The notes beneath the pieces were generated by a model, which was not told the DNA's origin, made no database searches, and saw only the letters and a list, made by a program, of their open reading frames with translations. Below, in pieces: positions 45,301-45,850 of a stretch of DNA of 45,850 nt. The translations under genes were made by a program, and so were the position numbers. This DNA comes from Candidatus Levybacteria bacterium RIFCSPHIGHO2_02_FULL_40_18. GTDB taxonomy: Bacteria > Patescibacteriota > Microgenomatia > Levybacterales > GWA1-39-11. Positions within the stretch are counted from its first letter, which is position 1; each line of letters opens with the position of its first letter. The stretch is taken from assembly GCA_001782235.1 (NCBI GenBank), contig MFOC01000003.1, forward strand, positions 1 to 45,850. The letters are read 5' to 3'.

Positions 45301-45850
45301 GGATGGTTCTAAATTCAAAATTCATGAATCAACTGCAATAGGCTCAGCAGTTGTTGCGTCAATCGACAATCAGGGAAACGCCCGCTTTTCCGGAGACCTT
45401 GAAGCGAGGCGAGCCACTTTCAGCGGTCAGTTGTCAGCAGAGAGCCTTCAGTCTGAAAGAGCTTCCGTATCAGGCGAATTAACAGTCGATAATGTGACTG
45501 CTAATCAAGCGTCGGTTTCAGGAACTTTGTTTGCGGACAGAATCATTGCCAACGATATAGAGGGTCTTGATGATCGAATTGCAACCGTTGCAGGAAGCCT
45601 TCAGAGTGGTCAGTGGTCAGTTGTTACTGGTCAGTTGTTGGATATCGAATCGATATCCTCTGATTTTGCAACATTTCGAGCCGGTCTGATATCTTTAGGA
45701 CCTGCTACCTTTGCGCAAGCGACAGTCCTTGATAGCTTATCTATTGGAACCTCCCTTGTGCTTGGTCCCAACTCAATTGATACTCTGGGTCAGACTCTTG
45801 AAATCCAACCACTCAAACAAGGTGCAATATCATTTATGGCAGGTTTAGTA
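42392..45850 (+). CDS. Giant surface protein (C-terminus beyond the window edge): two integrase-type SAM-like core-binding domains, TM helix, fibre-like ectodomain with a peptidase S74 / intramolecular-chaperone (tail-fibre) domain
   Basis: My translation from ATG 42392 stays open to 45850 (1153 codons), so it is absent from the ORF track. SAM-like 1: LLRNYLLSKKAFSPLTSKNYVSDIRKFIHWFEQ...SFKRYFSSLRKFALFLVEEGYLEENPF. SAM-like 2: FKDYLYIFGASNLTIKNYLVDLNAFTNW...SPKTVNRKLSSIRKYLEFASSRGYI. TM helix FHLAILIIYASIVGFLIY. S74-like SSERFKENIKNLSLGLDEVMNLRPVTFTFKPG...VGFIAEEVEKVIPELVSYDREGRPSGVNYPNMTALL. Confidence 0.85.
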   Translation, partial: MKDMNRLPDLLRNYLLSKKAFSPLTSKNYVSDIRKFIHWFEQSFGKNFQAQDFTPDVITLFEKTHGAIITPDAPDTLDTRDTLRISSRSFKRYFSSLRKFALFLVEEGYLEENPFNKLMAKSQQSRTKQDPWFLKDFKDYLYIFGASNLTIKNYLVDLNAFTNWAENAFKTDLNISKDYISSITSEIIDAYKQRLILLLRLSPKTVNRKLSSIRKYLEFASSRGYIGRQFPISPSASLGAGNFPDFPKASRGEQFRISEEGMKLQDIEEEETGQTSQSKGGQPLAEKIPPVRLLQRLLTPYVFFEDIIASKIAELIKHKKLSRKAEISSNRLPISVDQKIKNIPARIPLHKQLIYHARYTRPKWYKTYHSYSFSHYFHLAILIIYASIVGFLIYNNLFPEPSQTALAVPAGAKKVLSFQGRLTDSSDNPITNPTDIRFALYENATATGSALLWQEVHHALTPSKDGVFSILLGTKNDIDGSLFRDHDLLWLGISVGTTQELIPRQRIAAVSYAANSETLSGMLSITDPSAGATNVVLALDSSGKLTMGGTASPTFAATGGRFKLSGTTLSLSTEESSSGDVDISPDGIGKIDLQKPIINDTANGNLSGGAVEINDKVAILATESAVAAFVINNMDVGDLITASASGIQRFTLANDGDLTLNGADTITASSLSTFTTAEILSFSQDLAILGNDITNATLNLGGGGAATLGTVSDDNLTITPNGNGELTLTSDFDTGVNIGASTNTQALLSISGGIGSNAALIVNQTNSGDIFSASSSGTTKFVLGSSGTITLTSGIAESSSGQYLCIDTTTYEVGRSNAACSASSERFKENIKNLSLGLDEVMNLRPVTFTFKPGLNLGSDSEVGFIAEEVEKVIPELVSYDREGRPSGVNYPNMTALLTRAIQELAQKLETTTQSFTTMGGQDLRDYISQLINEAISQKSQVINPLASIEQIHTNVISPLSQGSEIAVSLDGSKFKIHESTAIGSAVVASIDNQGNARFSGDLEARRATFSGQLSAESLQSERASVSGELTVDNVTANQASVSGTLFADRIIANDIEGLDDRIATVAGSLQSGQWSVVTGQLLDIESISSDFATFRAGLISLGPATFAQATVLDSLSIGTSLVLGPNSIDTLGQTLEIQPLKQGAISFMAGLV

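Overview
This is a visibly AT-rich bacterial chromosome fragment. By inference only, it resembles a Candidate Phyla Radiation / Patescibacteria (Microgenomates-like) genome. Recognisable genes: an F1Fo ATP synthase operon (atpF-H-A-G-D-C, 4.1-10.0 kb), an OPRTase-like gene, two tRNA-Thr genes flanking a thioredoxin-like gene, uppP, tagA/wecG, mreB, a PEGA protein, a histidine kinase / CheY operon, a HAD hydrolase, comEA, a split comEC and leuS. Both window edges cut giant surface proteins whose cytoplasmic N-termini carry DNA-binding-type domains. At 12.2-20.1 kb lies a cluster of secreted proteins, three of them sharing a C-terminal Ig-like plus dockerin-like module. At 39.4-42.2 kb lies a WxL/DUF916-like surface locus. 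Main unusual signals: (1) A family of low-complexity hairpin elements appears in three states: around cargo genes inside the atp operon (a 23S-IVS-type four-helix-bundle gene and a GxxExxY gene), as empty hairpins between genes, and as in-frame insertions in leuS, uppP and others. (2) An ATP synthase c-subunit-like hairpin lacks the carboxylate, is fused to a secreted domain, and sits where atpB/atpE should be. (3) Two paralogous cassettes (26.4-27.6 kb and 38.35-39.35 kb) each have a TGGTATAAT promoter, a near-identical 123-nt leader, variable tiny membrane-protein ORFs and a conserved two-hairpin trailer. (4) Short GC-rich palindromes are inserted in frame in several CDSs. I saw no rRNA, CRISPR array, transposase or catalytic integrase. 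All domain calls come from reading the translations by eye; no searches were run.
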